Below, piece after piece: positions 20,202 to 29,857 of a stretch of DNA of 64,000 nt. Where the stretch lies: NCBI GenBank assembly GCA_963777605.1, contig CAVZRV010000007.1, positions 800,001 to 864,000 on the forward strand, written 5' to 3'. Below the pieces are notes generated by a model that worked only from the letters and a program-made list of their open reading frames with translations, was not told the DNA's origin and did no database searches. The translations under genes were made by a program, and so were the position numbers. The DNA comes from an uncultured Acidobacteriota bacterium (GTDB lineage Bacteria > Acidobacteriota > UBA6911 > RPQK01 > JAPXNP01). Every line of letters starts with the position of its first letter. Position 1 is the stretch's first letter.

Positions 20202-21218
20202 ATGGAAAAAGCTGGAAAAGTAAGATGGGGAGTCCTTGGCGCGGCCAAGATCGCCCTCGAAAAAGTGATCCCCGCGATGCAGCAGGGGATGATGAGCGAA
20301 GTCGTTGCCATCGCTTCGCGTTCGATCGACAAGTCCCGCGCGGCCGCCGACCGCCTCGGGATCTCCCTGGCCTACGGCAGTTACGAGGAACTCCTGGCGG
20401 ACCCCGGGGTTGAGGCCGTCTACAATCCGCTCCCCAACCACCTCCACGTTCCCTGGACAGTCGCCGCCGCACGGGCCGGCAAGCACGTACTCTGCGAGAA
20501 GCCTCTGGCTCTTTCGGCAGAAGAGGCATGCGAGTTGATCCGGGTTCAGGAAGAGACCGGCGTCCTGATCGAAGAGGCCTTCATGGTGCGCACCCATCCT
20601 CAATGGCTCCGCGCTCGAGAACTGGTTCGCAGCGGCCGGATCGGCACGCTCCGGGCGATCCAGGGAGCCTTTTCCTACTACAACGTGGATCCTCTGAATG
20701 TTCGGAATGTTCCGGAATACGGGGGCGGAGGATTGATGGATATCGGTTGCTACCCCATCACCACTTCCCGATTCGTCACCGACCGGGAACCGACCAGAGT
20801 CCTGGGGATTATCGAGCGGGATCTCAAGTTCAAGGTCGATATCCTGGCTTCCGCGATTCTCGACTTCGGGGGCATTCAGTCATCGTTTGTCTGTTCCACC
20901 CAAATGGTCCCGTACCAACGAATGCATTTCTTCGGGACAAAAGGGCGGATCGAGATTGAAGTCCCGTTCAACGCTCCCCCAGATCGTCCCTGCAGGGTAA
21001 TGGTCAGCGAGGGCGACCTCTTCGGGCGCGACCTGGAGATCTTCGAATTGCCGGTCTGCGACCAGTACACGATTCAGGGAGACCGCTTCTCAGACTCCGT
21101 TCGCACCGGAACTCCCGTCGCAGTTTCGCTGAAAAATTCAATCCTGAACATGGCCGTCATCGACGCCCTGTTCAAGTCGGGAGAAACGGGCAATTGGGAG
21201 ATTCCGGCCCGTCCCTGA
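20202..21218 (+). CDS. Gfo/Idh/MocA family oxidoreductase
   Basis: WGVLGAAKIA, YNPLPNHLH, GKHVLCEKP, GGGLMDIGCY. Confidence 0.93.
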   Translation: MEKAGKVRWGVLGAAKIALEKVIPAMQQGMMSEVVAIASRSIDKSRAAADRLGISLAYGSYEELLADPGVEAVYNPLPNHLHVPWTVAAARAGKHVLCEKPLALSAEEACELIRVQEETGVLIEEAFMVRTHPQWLRARELVRSGRIGTLRAIQGAFSYYNVDPLNVRNVPEYGGGGLMDIGCYPITTSRFVTDREPTRVLGIIERDLKFKVDILASAILDFGGIQSSFVCSTQMVPYQRMHFFGTKGRIEIEVPFNAPPDRPCRVMVSEGDLFGRDLEIFELPVCDQYTIQGDRFSDSVRTGTPVAVSLKNSILNMAVIDALFKSGETGNWEIPARP

Positions 21219-21251
21219 GCCGGGCCCGCGGCGCTCCTACGGAGGTAACAC

Positions 21252-21959
21252 ATGGTTCTGATCTCAACTTTGATTCTGGCACTTTCAGCATTAGCGACTC
21301 CTCCCCCTTCCAGTTGTGAGGTCCTCCGGACCGGGGGGGCCATAAACGTGGACGGAGTGCTCAACGAAGCCTCCTGGAAGGCAGCCCAACCGCTTCACTT
21401 CGTCGACAGTGCCACCGGGCAGCCAAGCAACCTTAAGACCAGTGCCTGGGTCCTCTGGGACGACGAGTACCTCTACTTCGCCTTTGAAAGTTACGACGAG
21501 AACATTTGGGCCACGATGAAGAAGCGGGACGAGCACCTGTGGACCGAGGAAGTGGACGAAGTGTTCCTCCAGCCCGATCCCAGCCACCCGAACTACATCG
21601 AACTCGAGGTCAACCCCCTGGGCACCATGCTCGACATCTATCTGATCGATGTCCGGAAGCCCCTCCCTTATGAAAGCTGGAACCCTGCCGGGATCAAATG
21701 GGCAGTCAACGTCGAGGGGACAGTCGACGGCAAACCGGGAGACCGAAAATGGACCTGCGAAATCGCTTTTCCACTTGCCGATGCGGTCACCGCACCGCAC
21801 ATCCCACCCCAGGATGGCGACCGCTGGAAGATGAACCTCTACCGGGTTGAAAGCAAGCCGCAGCCGGCCGGGCTGGCCTGGTCACCGACGCTGAAAAGAG
21901 ATTTTCACGTGCCCCAGCGCTTCGGTGACATCATTTTTCGCAATCGAAAGGTGAACTAG
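21252..21959 (+). CDS. Secreted carbohydrate-binding family 9-like (CBM9/DOMON-like) protein
   Basis: Signal peptide, INVDGVLNEASW, WDDEYLYFAF, YIELEVNPLG, WKMNLYR, WSPT..DFH. Confidence 0.8.
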   Translation: MVLISTLILALSALATPPPSSCEVLRTGGAINVDGVLNEASWKAAQPLHFVDSATGQPSNLKTSAWVLWDDEYLYFAFESYDENIWATMKKRDEHLWTEEVDEVFLQPDPSHPNYIELEVNPLGTMLDIYLIDVRKPLPYESWNPAGIKWAVNVEGTVDGKPGDRKWTCEIAFPLADAVTAPHIPPQDGDRWKMNLYRVESKPQPAGLAWSPTLKRDFHVPQRFGDIIFRNRKVN

Positions 21960-21985
21960 TGGTCCGTTCCCGAAGTGACCACTAG
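21956..21985. repeat. 30-bp CTAG-bounded palindrome related to the 62-bp element
   Basis: CTAGTGGTC-N12-GACCACTAG; each terminal CTAG holds the stop codon of one flanking convergent gene. Confidence 0.55.
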
Positions 21986-22491
21986 AGCGAAAGTCCAAGT
22001 CGGTTCAGCAGCTTGGGAGAGATGAGCCAGTTCAGTGTGCCGCAGCCCGGCCCGCAGTTCTCCCAACGATCAAGGGCGAGTTTGACCCAGGCGAGAGAGG
22101 AGGTGGGTAGTTTGAAGCTTCCGCCTCCGACTACCGCACTCAGAAAATCTTCCTGGCCAGGGTTGTGCCCGACCAGGATGACCCGGTCGAGGTCGTCCGG
22201 GAGCCTTCGGATGAATTCCTGGATGCCTTTTCGGTCGGCCAGGTAAAGCCGCTTCTCGAACTCGGACGGACACCCCCACTTGCCCGATTCCATGGCGAGC
22301 TCCAATGTATGCCGCGCGCGTTCGGCCGAACTGGAGTAGGCAGCCTCAGGGACTATTCCTGCCGCCGAGACAAACTTGCCCATCAGTCGCGCCGCTTCCA
22401 GACCCCGACTGGCCAGAGGCCGATCGTGGTCATCCTTGAGCGCACCTTTCCAGTCGGATTTCGCGTGTCTAAGAAGTCCCAATTCTTTCAA
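21982..22491 (-). CDS. SixA-like histidine phosphatase
   Basis: LLRHAKSDW..DHDRPL, SSAERARHT, LVGHNPG. Confidence 0.88.
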   Translation of the reverse strand: MKELGLLRHAKSDWKGALKDDHDRPLASRGLEAARLMGKFVSAAGIVPEAAYSSSAERARHTLELAMESGKWGCPSEFEKRLYLADRKGIQEFIRRLPDDLDRVILVGHNPGQEDFLSAVVGGGSFKLPTSSLAWVKLALDRWENCGPGCGTLNWLISPKLLNRLGLSL

Positions 22492-22538
22492 AATGCGACT
22501 CTCCTCTCTGAATCTGAACCGAAAAACCAGGCCCCGTC

Positions 22539-22547
22539 TGCTAGACT
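22539..22547 (+). promoter_or_regulatory. Putative extended -10 promoter of ppk1
   Basis: TGcTAGACT about 70 nt upstream of ATG 22619; GGAGG SD before the ATG. Confidence 0.4.
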
Positions 22548-22618
22548 ATGAGCGTGTCAGCATTCGAGAACGCTGATTTTCCCGTTCCAAGTTCATCCAA
22601 CCGGAGGCTGCGACTGCC

Positions 22619-24769
22619 ATGCCGACCAAGAACCGGGCAAAAGAGGTGGCTGAAAACCACCGCAAGTCAAGCAGCCCTAATCTAAATCACCAAACCTATT
22701 ATTTCAATCGCGAGCTGAGCTGGTTGGAGTTCAACCGGCGGGTCCTTTCTGAGGCCCTGGACCCCAAGATTCCTCTCCTGGAACGAGTTAAGTTTCTCGC
22801 GATCTTTTTCAGCAACCTCGACGAGTTCTTCATGATCCGGGTCTCCGGGCTGAAACGGCAGTTGACGAGCGGAGCGCTGAAGCCCCCTCCCGACGGCCTG
22901 ACCCCGGCCCAGCAATTGAACCGGATTCGAGACGAGGTGCTCCCCCTGCTCGACACGGCGGAACGCTGCTGGCGCGAACAGTTGCAGCCGATGCTGTGCG
23001 AGCAAGGAATCCGCGTGGTGCCACACGCGTCACTGCGGAAGAACCAGATCCGACTCCTTCGAAGGCACTTCACTCGGGAGGTATTCCCAATCCTGACTCC
23101 CCTGGCTTTTGATCCGGGTCATCCCTTCCCCCACATATCGAGCCTCAGCGTCAATCTGGCCGTGATCGTCAAAGATCCGAAGCTCGGCAGACGGTTCGCG
23201 CGACTGAAGGTTCCCCACATCCTGCCTCGCCTGATTCGGGTTCCCAACGCCAAAGAGGAGGCTGACGGACAGAGAGAGGGGCTTGACGAAGCCGGCTCCA
23301 TCGAACTGGTCTGGCTCGAGGAACTGATTGCTGCCAATCTCGATCTGCTCTTTCCCGGGTTGGAGGTCGTCGCCGTACACCCGTTCCGGGTCACAAGAAA
23401 TGCCGACGTTGAGATCGAGGAAGACGAAGCGGCGGATCTCCTCGAGGCCGCCAAGGAGATGGTCGGACAGCGGCGCTTTGGATTCGCAATCCGACTTGAA
23501 GTCGATCCTCGCATGCCAAAAGAGTTCTTGAGCATCCTGGTAGGAAATCTTGACTTGGCATCCTATCAGATCTATCTCACCGAAGGTCCGGTCGGTCCGA
23601 CCGATCTCATGCAGTTGACCGGGCTCGACCGGCCCGATCTCAAAGATCCACCGTTTCAACCGGTTGTGCCCGCCCTACTGACGACCGAGAAGAACATCTT
23701 CTCGGTTATCCGCCGGCGGAATGTCCTTCTTTACCATCCCTACGACAGCTTCAGCCCGGTCGTTGATTTCATCCGGCAGGCCGCTCACGACCCGGACGTC
23801 CTGGCGATCAAGCAGACACTCTATCGGGTTGGTCCCAACTCGCCGATCGTTCGCGAGCTCAAAGAAGCCCGGGAAAACAACAAGCAGGTGGCCACACTCG
23901 TTGAACTTAAAGCTCGCTTTGATGAAGAGAACAACATCGAGTGGGCCAAGGAACTGGAAGATGTTGGGGTCCACGTAGTCTATGGGCTCCTCGGACTCAA
24001 GGTCCACTGCAAGATGTGCATGGTGGTGCGGAGGGAACGCGAAGGACTGGTCCGCTACGTCCATCTCGGAACCGGGAACTACAACCCGGTCACGGCCAGG
24101 ATCTACACTGATCTGGGTCTGTTCACGTGCGATCCGGAAATTGCTTCCGACGTGGCCGACCTGTTCAATGCCCTCACCGGGTATTCACGTCAAAGGAAGT
24201 ACCACAAGCTCCTGGTCGCTCCCGAGTTCATGCAGGAAGCGATGATCTCCAGGATTCACCGGGAGATTGAGACTCACAAGAAGCACGGCAACGGCCACCT
24301 GGCCTTCAAAATGAACGCCCTCGTGGACAAGTCCTGTATCCGGGCGCTGTACCAGGCATCGCAGGCCGGCGTCCGCGTAGACCTCCAGGTTCGCGGCATC
24401 TGTTGCCTGAAACCGGGCGTTCCCCGCGTGAGCGAAAACATCCGAGTCACATCAGTTGTGGGACGCTTCCTGGAGCACACTCGCATTTACTACTTCCACA
24501 ATGGAGGCAACGAGGAGATCCTCCTCGGCAGCGCCGACCTGATGCCCCGAAATTTGAAGGGCCGCGTGGAAGTTCTCTTTCCGCTCGAGGAAGCCACCAT
24601 CAAGCAGGCGCTCCGCGACGAAATCCTCCAGGTCCACCTGCGGGACAACCACAAGTGCTGGGAACTTGATCCCGACGGAACCTACCGCAAGATGTCACCC
24701 GGACCTTCCGAGGAGGGAGTTGACTCCCAGCAGCTTCGCATCGACCACCCGGGAAGCTGGCATGGCTAG
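22619..24769 (+). CDS. ppk1: Polyphosphate kinase 1
   Basis: FNRELSWLEFNRRV, NLDEFFMIRV, HPFPHIS, IKQTLYR, ELKARFDEENN, LKVHCK, GTGNYN, GRFLEH, SADLMPRN. Confidence 0.98.
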   Translation: MPTKNRAKEVAENHRKSSSPNLNHQTYYFNRELSWLEFNRRVLSEALDPKIPLLERVKFLAIFFSNLDEFFMIRVSGLKRQLTSGALKPPPDGLTPAQQLNRIRDEVLPLLDTAERCWREQLQPMLCEQGIRVVPHASLRKNQIRLLRRHFTREVFPILTPLAFDPGHPFPHISSLSVNLAVIVKDPKLGRRFARLKVPHILPRLIRVPNAKEEADGQREGLDEAGSIELVWLEELIAANLDLLFPGLEVVAVHPFRVTRNADVEIEEDEAADLLEAAKEMVGQRRFGFAIRLEVDPRMPKEFLSILVGNLDLASYQIYLTEGPVGPTDLMQLTGLDRPDLKDPPFQPVVPALLTTEKNIFSVIRRRNVLLYHPYDSFSPVVDFIRQAAHDPDVLAIKQTLYRVGPNSPIVRELKEARENNKQVATLVELKARFDEENNIEWAKELEDVGVHVVYGLLGLKVHCKMCMVVRREREGLVRYVHLGTGNYNPVTARIYTDLGLFTCDPEIASDVADLFNALTGYSRQRKYHKLLVAPEFMQEAMISRIHREIETHKKHGNGHLAFKMNALVDKSCIRALYQASQAGVRVDLQVRGICCLKPGVPRVSENIRVTSVVGRFLEHTRIYYFHNGGNEEILLGSADLMPRNLKGRVEVLFPLEEATIKQALRDEILQVHLRDNHKCWELDPDGTYRKMSPGPSEEGVDSQQLRIDHPGSWHG

Positions 24770-24827
24770 TGTCCCGTCACGCATCATATGACGATTTCAG
24801 AGCCCCGGATGCGTGACAGGACACTAG
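24766..24827. mobile_element. 62-bp MITE/REP-like palindromic element, copy 1
   Basis: CTAGTGTCCCGTCACGCATC-N22-GATGCGTGACAGGACACTAG (19/20 inverted repeat); homologous copies at 28683 and 40220. Confidence 0.75.
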
Positions 24828-25567
24828 CGGGCCTTCGACTGGATCTCCTTCCAGAGTGCCTCAAAGGCTTTTGAAGGCGGGCTCGAGGCCGCAAAAACGG
24901 GAAGCGGAGCCCGGTGGATGCCCATCTGTTCCACCTGGCTGGAGTAAGGGATCTTGCTCGTCAGGAATGGGAGCGGCCTGTCAGGAGGGTTGTCAACGGT
25001 TTCCCGATGCAGGGTCTTACGCCGGTCAACCATGCTGAAAAACGGCCATGCCTTCCCTGCGTTCAGGTTCTGTTTGTCCATGAAATCAGCAATCAGATCG
25101 AGCGACCTGAGGGAGAGAGGGGTCGGGATGGTGGGGATCACGACCAGGTCGACCGAGTGAAGAAGCGCCTCCGAGACGATTGAAAGACCCGGGGCGCAGT
25201 CGATGATGACGGTGTCATATTCGCGGCTCAACGTCTTCAGGATTCGCTGAATGCGTTTGAAGGCATCGTCTTTCTTGCTCAGCACCAGATCGAGCTTTCG
25301 GTAGGAGAAGTCGCCGGGAAGCAAATCAAACCCGGGAAAGTCGGTTCCGCGAATGTACTTGTCGAGGTCGGTCTTCTTCTTGACCAGCTGTTTGCCGCCA
25401 CCCGCGATCCGGGCCTGAATTCGGAGGTAGAAGGTAGCCGACGACTGCGGGTCCAGGTCCCACATCACGGTCCGGTTGCCCGCCGTAGAAGCCAGATAGG
25501 ACAGGTTGACCGCCGTTGCGGTCTTGCCCACGCCGCCCTTTATGCTGTATACCGCGATTGTCGCCAC
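24824..25567 (-). CDS. ParA/MinD family ATPase (orphan, downstream of the CHAD gene)
   Basis: GTG start 10 nt after the CHAD stop with GGGGGA SD; deviant Walker A YSIKGGVGKT, WDLDPQSSAT, IIDCAPG, PTIPTPLS. Confidence 0.9.
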   Translation of the reverse strand: MATIAVYSIKGGVGKTATAVNLSYLASTAGNRTVMWDLDPQSSATFYLRIQARIAGGGKQLVKKKTDLDKYIRGTDFPGFDLLPGDFSYRKLDLVLSKKDDAFKRIQRILKTLSREYDTVIIDCAPGLSIVSEALLHSVDLVVIPTIPTPLSLRSLDLIADFMDKQNLNAGKAWPFFSMVDRRKTLHRETVDNPPDRPLPFLTSKIPYSSQVEQMGIHRAPLPVFAASSPPSKAFEALWKEIQSKAR

Positions 25568-25577
25568 CTTGTTCCCC

Positions 25578-27140
25578 CTAGTCGACGCGATTCCGCCGTC
25601 GCGTAAGCTCCTTCTTGAGTACCTTCTTCCTCGATCGGTTCGCGAACAGGTTGAATCTGTCGCTGAAGTACCGTCGCAGCGCCTGTTGACTCGTTTCCAT
25701 CTGCTCGAGGAGACGCCCCGCAACGAGGAAAGTCCGGGCGGGGATTTCCTTTTCAGCCCAGGCCTCATCGACGTAGGTCTTCAGGTTCTGGTACTGGACG
25801 TGACAGTCATTGAAGTCCCCCAGAATGTCCTGGAGTCCTTTCAAGTCGCTGATCAACCCACTCATGAGTGGCCGCGGGTACAGGCTCTTGAAGAACTCGA
25901 GCAGATACCGCAGCTTCTTGCAGTCGATTCGCAGCTGGTGAAGCAGCCGGGGCTCCGCCGATGCGCTCAGTCCGGCGCCCTCCCGGAGGATCCTTCTATA
26001 GATCTTCCAGATCTTCGGCGATGCCAGCTCGTAGACCGTCTCCCGGCCTCGATCGGCGCGAAACGATTCCTCCCGGTGCAACGCATTGTCCCAGTCCGAG
26101 ACAAGTTCCCGGTAGCGGGCGCCGCGAATGAGTGCCCCCAGCCGTTCCCCTTCCACCTGCTGCCGGTGTCGCAGCAGTTGGATCAGTGGCGCCAGATCTT
26201 CGGCTTCCTCGACAACGCGCCGTGCCTTCAACTGCTCCAGCTTGATCAGGAAGACATCCAGGTCTCGCTTCTTACCCGTTGACTGACCCAACCACCGAAA
26301 CTCTTCATTGAAGCTTTCCAGGAGCTGTGGGTCGAGGTGCTCTTTGGACCTACTCAAGAGCGCCCGGGTTCGTCGCACGGAAACTCGAAAATCATGAAGG
26401 AATTCCGGGTCCAGCTCCGAACAGACTCCCGCTTCGTTGATCCGCATGGTGCCGAGGAGCTGCAGGAAGAGCAACCTCAACGCTGCCGCAGCGGGCATTG
26501 CCGGCTCCAGCTGAAAGTTGAGCTTCGAGGAGTAGTCAAGCGGGGTTTCCCCCGAAACGTACAGCGCCGCCTCGAAAAATGGCGCCCGAACGGGTTCGCC
26601 AGAGAGGTCTCCGACCAGATCGGTCAATTCCCGGTGCACCGCTTCGAAACCCCGAACCGGGAGCACGCGCACCCACTGCGGCAACGCCCTCGACTTCTTG
26701 TTCCGGAACGTTGCCCGAACTCTTCCCTCCAGCAGGAGCAGAATGGCGGTGACCTTCTCTCGTTCATCCAGGATACGCACTTCCCAACCCGAGTAGTTCA
26801 AGGTCAGCCGGTGAAGCAGGCGACGCACACCCACCGCGTTCTCAATACGCTTGCTGAGTGGGGATGGCTCAAGATCCGAGCAGAACGAGGGGGGACGCGC
26901 CTGACTCACGGATGCAACGGTCTCGCCTCCGAGGCGGGCCAGGGAAAGCACCGCCCCAAGCTGAGAAGACTCCCACCTCAGGGCAAGCCCGTTGGAAAAA
27001 AGCCCCCAGTCGAAACTGTCCAGGTAGAGTTGGCGGCGCTCCGGAATGTGCGTGACCGCCACTTTGAACGATTGGGCGACGTGCGCAATCAGGCTTTCGG
27101 GATCTCTATCGATACTGAAAAGTCGTTCCTGGAAACTCAT
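25578..27140 (-). CDS. CYTH-like plus CHAD domain protein (polyphosphate-binding type)
   Basis: N-terminal YLDSFDWGLFSNGLALR; CHAD motifs DPEFLHDFRVSVRRTR, RDLDV, LHQLRIDCKKLRYLLEF, LQDILGDFND. Confidence 0.88.
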   Translation of the reverse strand: MSFQERLFSIDRDPESLIAHVAQSFKVAVTHIPERRQLYLDSFDWGLFSNGLALRWESSQLGAVLSLARLGGETVASVSQARPPSFCSDLEPSPLSKRIENAVGVRRLLHRLTLNYSGWEVRILDEREKVTAILLLLEGRVRATFRNKKSRALPQWVRVLPVRGFEAVHRELTDLVGDLSGEPVRAPFFEAALYVSGETPLDYSSKLNFQLEPAMPAAAALRLLFLQLLGTMRINEAGVCSELDPEFLHDFRVSVRRTRALLSRSKEHLDPQLLESFNEEFRWLGQSTGKKRDLDVFLIKLEQLKARRVVEEAEDLAPLIQLLRHRQQVEGERLGALIRGARYRELVSDWDNALHREESFRADRGRETVYELASPKIWKIYRRILREGAGLSASAEPRLLHQLRIDCKKLRYLLEFFKSLYPRPLMSGLISDLKGLQDILGDFNDCHVQYQNLKTYVDEAWAEKEIPARTFLVAGRLLEQMETSQQALRRYFSDRFNLFANRSRKKVLKKELTRRRNRVD

Positions 27141-27405
27141 GAAGTCAGAAAGGATGACAGTTCATTCTCTCAAATGGCATTCAGCCTATACAGAACCTTG
27201 CCCCGTGTAAAGGTAACACCTTCGGGTCTACGGGCGGCGCCCTGGCCCTGATTACGCGGCAGTGACCGCAACTCAACCCGAAAATCCGGAATGTGATTCC
27301 ATTCCGCCGGTAATTGCCTTTCGAGCAGTGCGGAATTAGTATCAGACAGAATTCACCGACTCAGTAAATCAACAAGCCGATTCGATAAGGGAAAGGAGAG
27401 CTGAA

Positions 27406-28584
27406 ATGGCTGATCGCACACTGAACGTTGGACTGATTGGCGGTGGGGCGGGTGCCTTCATCGTTCATCCCCATCAGCGGGCAATCCACATGGACGGAAC
27501 ACGCAGAGTCGTCTGCGGGGCCCTTCACCCGGATCCGGAGACCGCCCTCCGGGAAGCAGACGCCTGGCCCTACGCGATCCGAGGATATCGCAGTTACTCG
27601 GAAATGATTGAGAAGGAGTCCCGGTTGCCCGAAGGGGAACGGATGGATTATGTCCTCATCGTGACCCCCAATCACGTCCACCACGGCCCCGCGGTCGAAT
27701 CCCTGAACGCCGGCTTCCCGGTCTTCTGTGAGAAACCACTGACCTTGACTCTGGACGAGTCGGACGACCTGGTCCGGATCGTGAACGAGCGGAAGATCCC
27801 TTTCTGTGTCGCTCACACCTACCTGGGACACTGGACCTCCCGGCTCTCTCGTCACATCATCCGCTCAGGTTTGCTCGGCAAAGTGCGTTGGGTGGACGCA
27901 CATTACATTCAGGGATGGCTGGCCAGTCGCGCGGAAGACAAGGGCGTAGTCCAGGCGGAGTGGCGAGTTGACCCGGCCCGCGCGGGCCTCAGTGGCTGCG
28001 GTGGCGATATCGGGACTCATGCCCTGATGCAGCTACGCTATGTGACGGGACTCGAGGTAACCCGAATTCAGGCCTTTCTGGAGAAGTTCGTGGCGGGTCG
28101 AAGGCTGGACGACCACTTCACCGCTTACGGCATTCTCAGCAACGGTGGGAAAGCCCTTATTCGCTGCTCCCAGATCAGCATTGGGCACAAGAACGACTGC
28201 GGTATCGAGGTCATTTGCGAGAAAGGAACCCTGGTCTGGAACCAGGAAGAAGCGGAATGCCTTCGGATCCATCTTCCCGGTCAACCCGATCGCGTCTACT
28301 GGCGGGGTGAGGTCCAGGCCAACGACGGATTCCTCGGCGACGTTCCGGCCAGTCTCCTCGCGGAACCCACCGTGCCTTCCGGGCACCCCGAAGGGTTCCA
28401 CGACGCCTTCGCCCGGTTGCACCGCTGTTTTGAAACGGACGTCAGGGCGTACCTCAAGAGGACCTTCTCGGGACAGGACGGGTCCCAATACGCGACAGTT
28501 GAAGACGGTCGCAAGGGCATCGCATTCCTAGTCGCTGCGGTCGAAAGCAACAACCAGGATCACTGCTGGGTAGACGTCCCCTAA
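27406..28584 (+). CDS. Gfo/Idh/MocA family oxidoreductase
   Basis: GLIGGGAGAFI, IVTPNHVH, FCEKP, GGDIGTH, SGHPEGF. Confidence 0.92.
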   Translation: MADRTLNVGLIGGGAGAFIVHPHQRAIHMDGTRRVVCGALHPDPETALREADAWPYAIRGYRSYSEMIEKESRLPEGERMDYVLIVTPNHVHHGPAVESLNAGFPVFCEKPLTLTLDESDDLVRIVNERKIPFCVAHTYLGHWTSRLSRHIIRSGLLGKVRWVDAHYIQGWLASRAEDKGVVQAEWRVDPARAGLSGCGGDIGTHALMQLRYVTGLEVTRIQAFLEKFVAGRRLDDHFTAYGILSNGGKALIRCSQISIGHKNDCGIEVICEKGTLVWNQEEAECLRIHLPGQPDRVYWRGEVQANDGFLGDVPASLLAEPTVPSGHPEGFHDAFARLHRCFETDVRAYLKRTFSGQDGSQYATVEDGRKGIAFLVAAVESNNQDHCWVDVP

Positions 28585-28587
28585 ACG

Positions 28588-28619
28588 AAAAAAGGCGGGC
28601 AGGTTCAACCCGCCCGCCT
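28588..28619 (-). terminator. Intrinsic terminator (U-tract on the minus strand)
   Basis: AAAAAA-GGCGGGCAGGTTCAACCCGCCCGCC between convergent genes. Confidence 0.7.
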
Positions 28620-28682
28620 CAACTCCTCCGGGACCGCGCCCATGAGATGCGCGGTCTTCTCACCGCTTGATCCGGTCGATAA

Positions 28683-28744
28683 TTAGTGTCCTGTCACACA
28701 AGGTATGGCGCTTTCAGAGCCCCGCATGCGTGTCAGGAGACTAG
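28683..28744. mobile_element. 62-bp MITE/REP-like element, copy 2 (diverged)
   Basis: TTAGTGTCCTGTCACACAAGGTATGGCGCTTTCAGAGCCCCGCATGCGTGTCAGGAGACTAG; same length and TTTCAGAGCCCCG core; right CTAG holds the TPR gene stop. Confidence 0.7.
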
Positions 28745-29763
28745 ACGCCCAACTCGGCTTTTGCCTTTGCCAGCACCTGGTCCAATCCGTCGAGAGAATT
28801 GTTGTTTCGGGGCTTGTAGAGCTGTTCAAGGTACTGCCTGGCTTTGGCTGCGGTCGTCTTGTTCAAGACCACGGCCTTGGCAAACGCTGCCTGGGCCGCG
28901 TCCAATTCCTGCTGTTTCCAGTAGGCCAATCCCATGCCGAGATAGGCACCGTCATTCTGCGGATCGAGTTTCAGCACTTCCTGATAGGACTTGATCACGG
29001 CAGGCCAATTCTGCGCATTCCAGGCCGCGGTGGCACTCAACTGATAGGAGGCTTCCTTGACCGCGTTCCATTGCGCCGCCTTCCAGCCGTCCGGGGGAGT
29101 GGTCGGATAGGCCTGGAGGGCCATGTTGTAATACTTGCGCGCGTTTGCCGTGTCATTCTTCTGGCGATACTGGTCGCCCAGGAAGACAACGTAGTTGATC
29201 GCCTTCTTGGGCCCAAGAGCGTCAACCAGTTTCGGAGCCAGTTCCAGCACCTTGGCGTTATTGTTGGTGCTCTGGTAGGCCTGCGTCAGCATGGCCAGCA
29301 CCTGCACATCATTCGGCGCCGTGGCACGCATCTTCTCGCCCACCTCAATGACTTTGGACCAGTTCTTTCCATCGTAAGCAGTCTTCAGCTGCTGACCCAA
29401 AAGGGCATCGCTCTTGGGGAACCATTTCAGCATCTTCTGGGTCAAAGCGTTCGCCTGCGCCGTCATGCCTTTCTTCTGGTATTCCTCCAGGATCTGCCCA
29501 AAATAGGCCTCCATATATTCCCGGATCTTCGCCTCAGGTTGAAGCTTCTGATAGTAGGCCGTCAGCTTCTGCTCCCTCTGGGCCAAGTCGGGAGTCTTCA
29601 TGATTTCCTGGACCTGGTCATACTGCTTGCGGTAGACAAAGTCTGAACCCGCCGGGATACCTTCCGCCGAAAAGGGTTCCTGCCCATACAGAGGAGATCC
29701 GAGCACCACGGCACTGACTATCAGAGCCAGAATGATAAATTGCTTTCTCACGGTCATCGACAT
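28741..29763 (-). CDS. Exported tetratricopeptide repeat protein
   Basis: Signal peptide; helical TPR-like repeats (SYQEVLKLDPQNDGAYLGMGLAYW). Confidence 0.8.
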   Translation of the reverse strand: MSMTVRKQFIILALIVSAVVLGSPLYGQEPFSAEGIPAGSDFVYRKQYDQVQEIMKTPDLAQREQKLTAYYQKLQPEAKIREYMEAYFGQILEEYQKKGMTAQANALTQKMLKWFPKSDALLGQQLKTAYDGKNWSKVIEVGEKMRATAPNDVQVLAMLTQAYQSTNNNAKVLELAPKLVDALGPKKAINYVVFLGDQYRQKNDTANARKYYNMALQAYPTTPPDGWKAAQWNAVKEASYQLSATAAWNAQNWPAVIKSYQEVLKLDPQNDGAYLGMGLAYWKQQELDAAQAAFAKAVVLNKTTAAKARQYLEQLYKPRNNNSLDGLDQVLAKAKAELGV

Positions 29764-29823
29764 TTTCCGTCCTTATAAAGCTTTAAAATCTCGGTTTGCA
29801 CAGCGGCAAGAGGACAACTGGTC

Positions 29824-29852
29824 ATTTTAAAGAGGGCCATTAGACTTGGCAA
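29824..29852 (-). promoter_or_regulatory. Putative sigma70 promoter of the TPR gene
   Basis: TTGCCA-N17-TAAAAT on the minus strand. Confidence 0.55.
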
Positions 29853-29857
29853 GTCAA

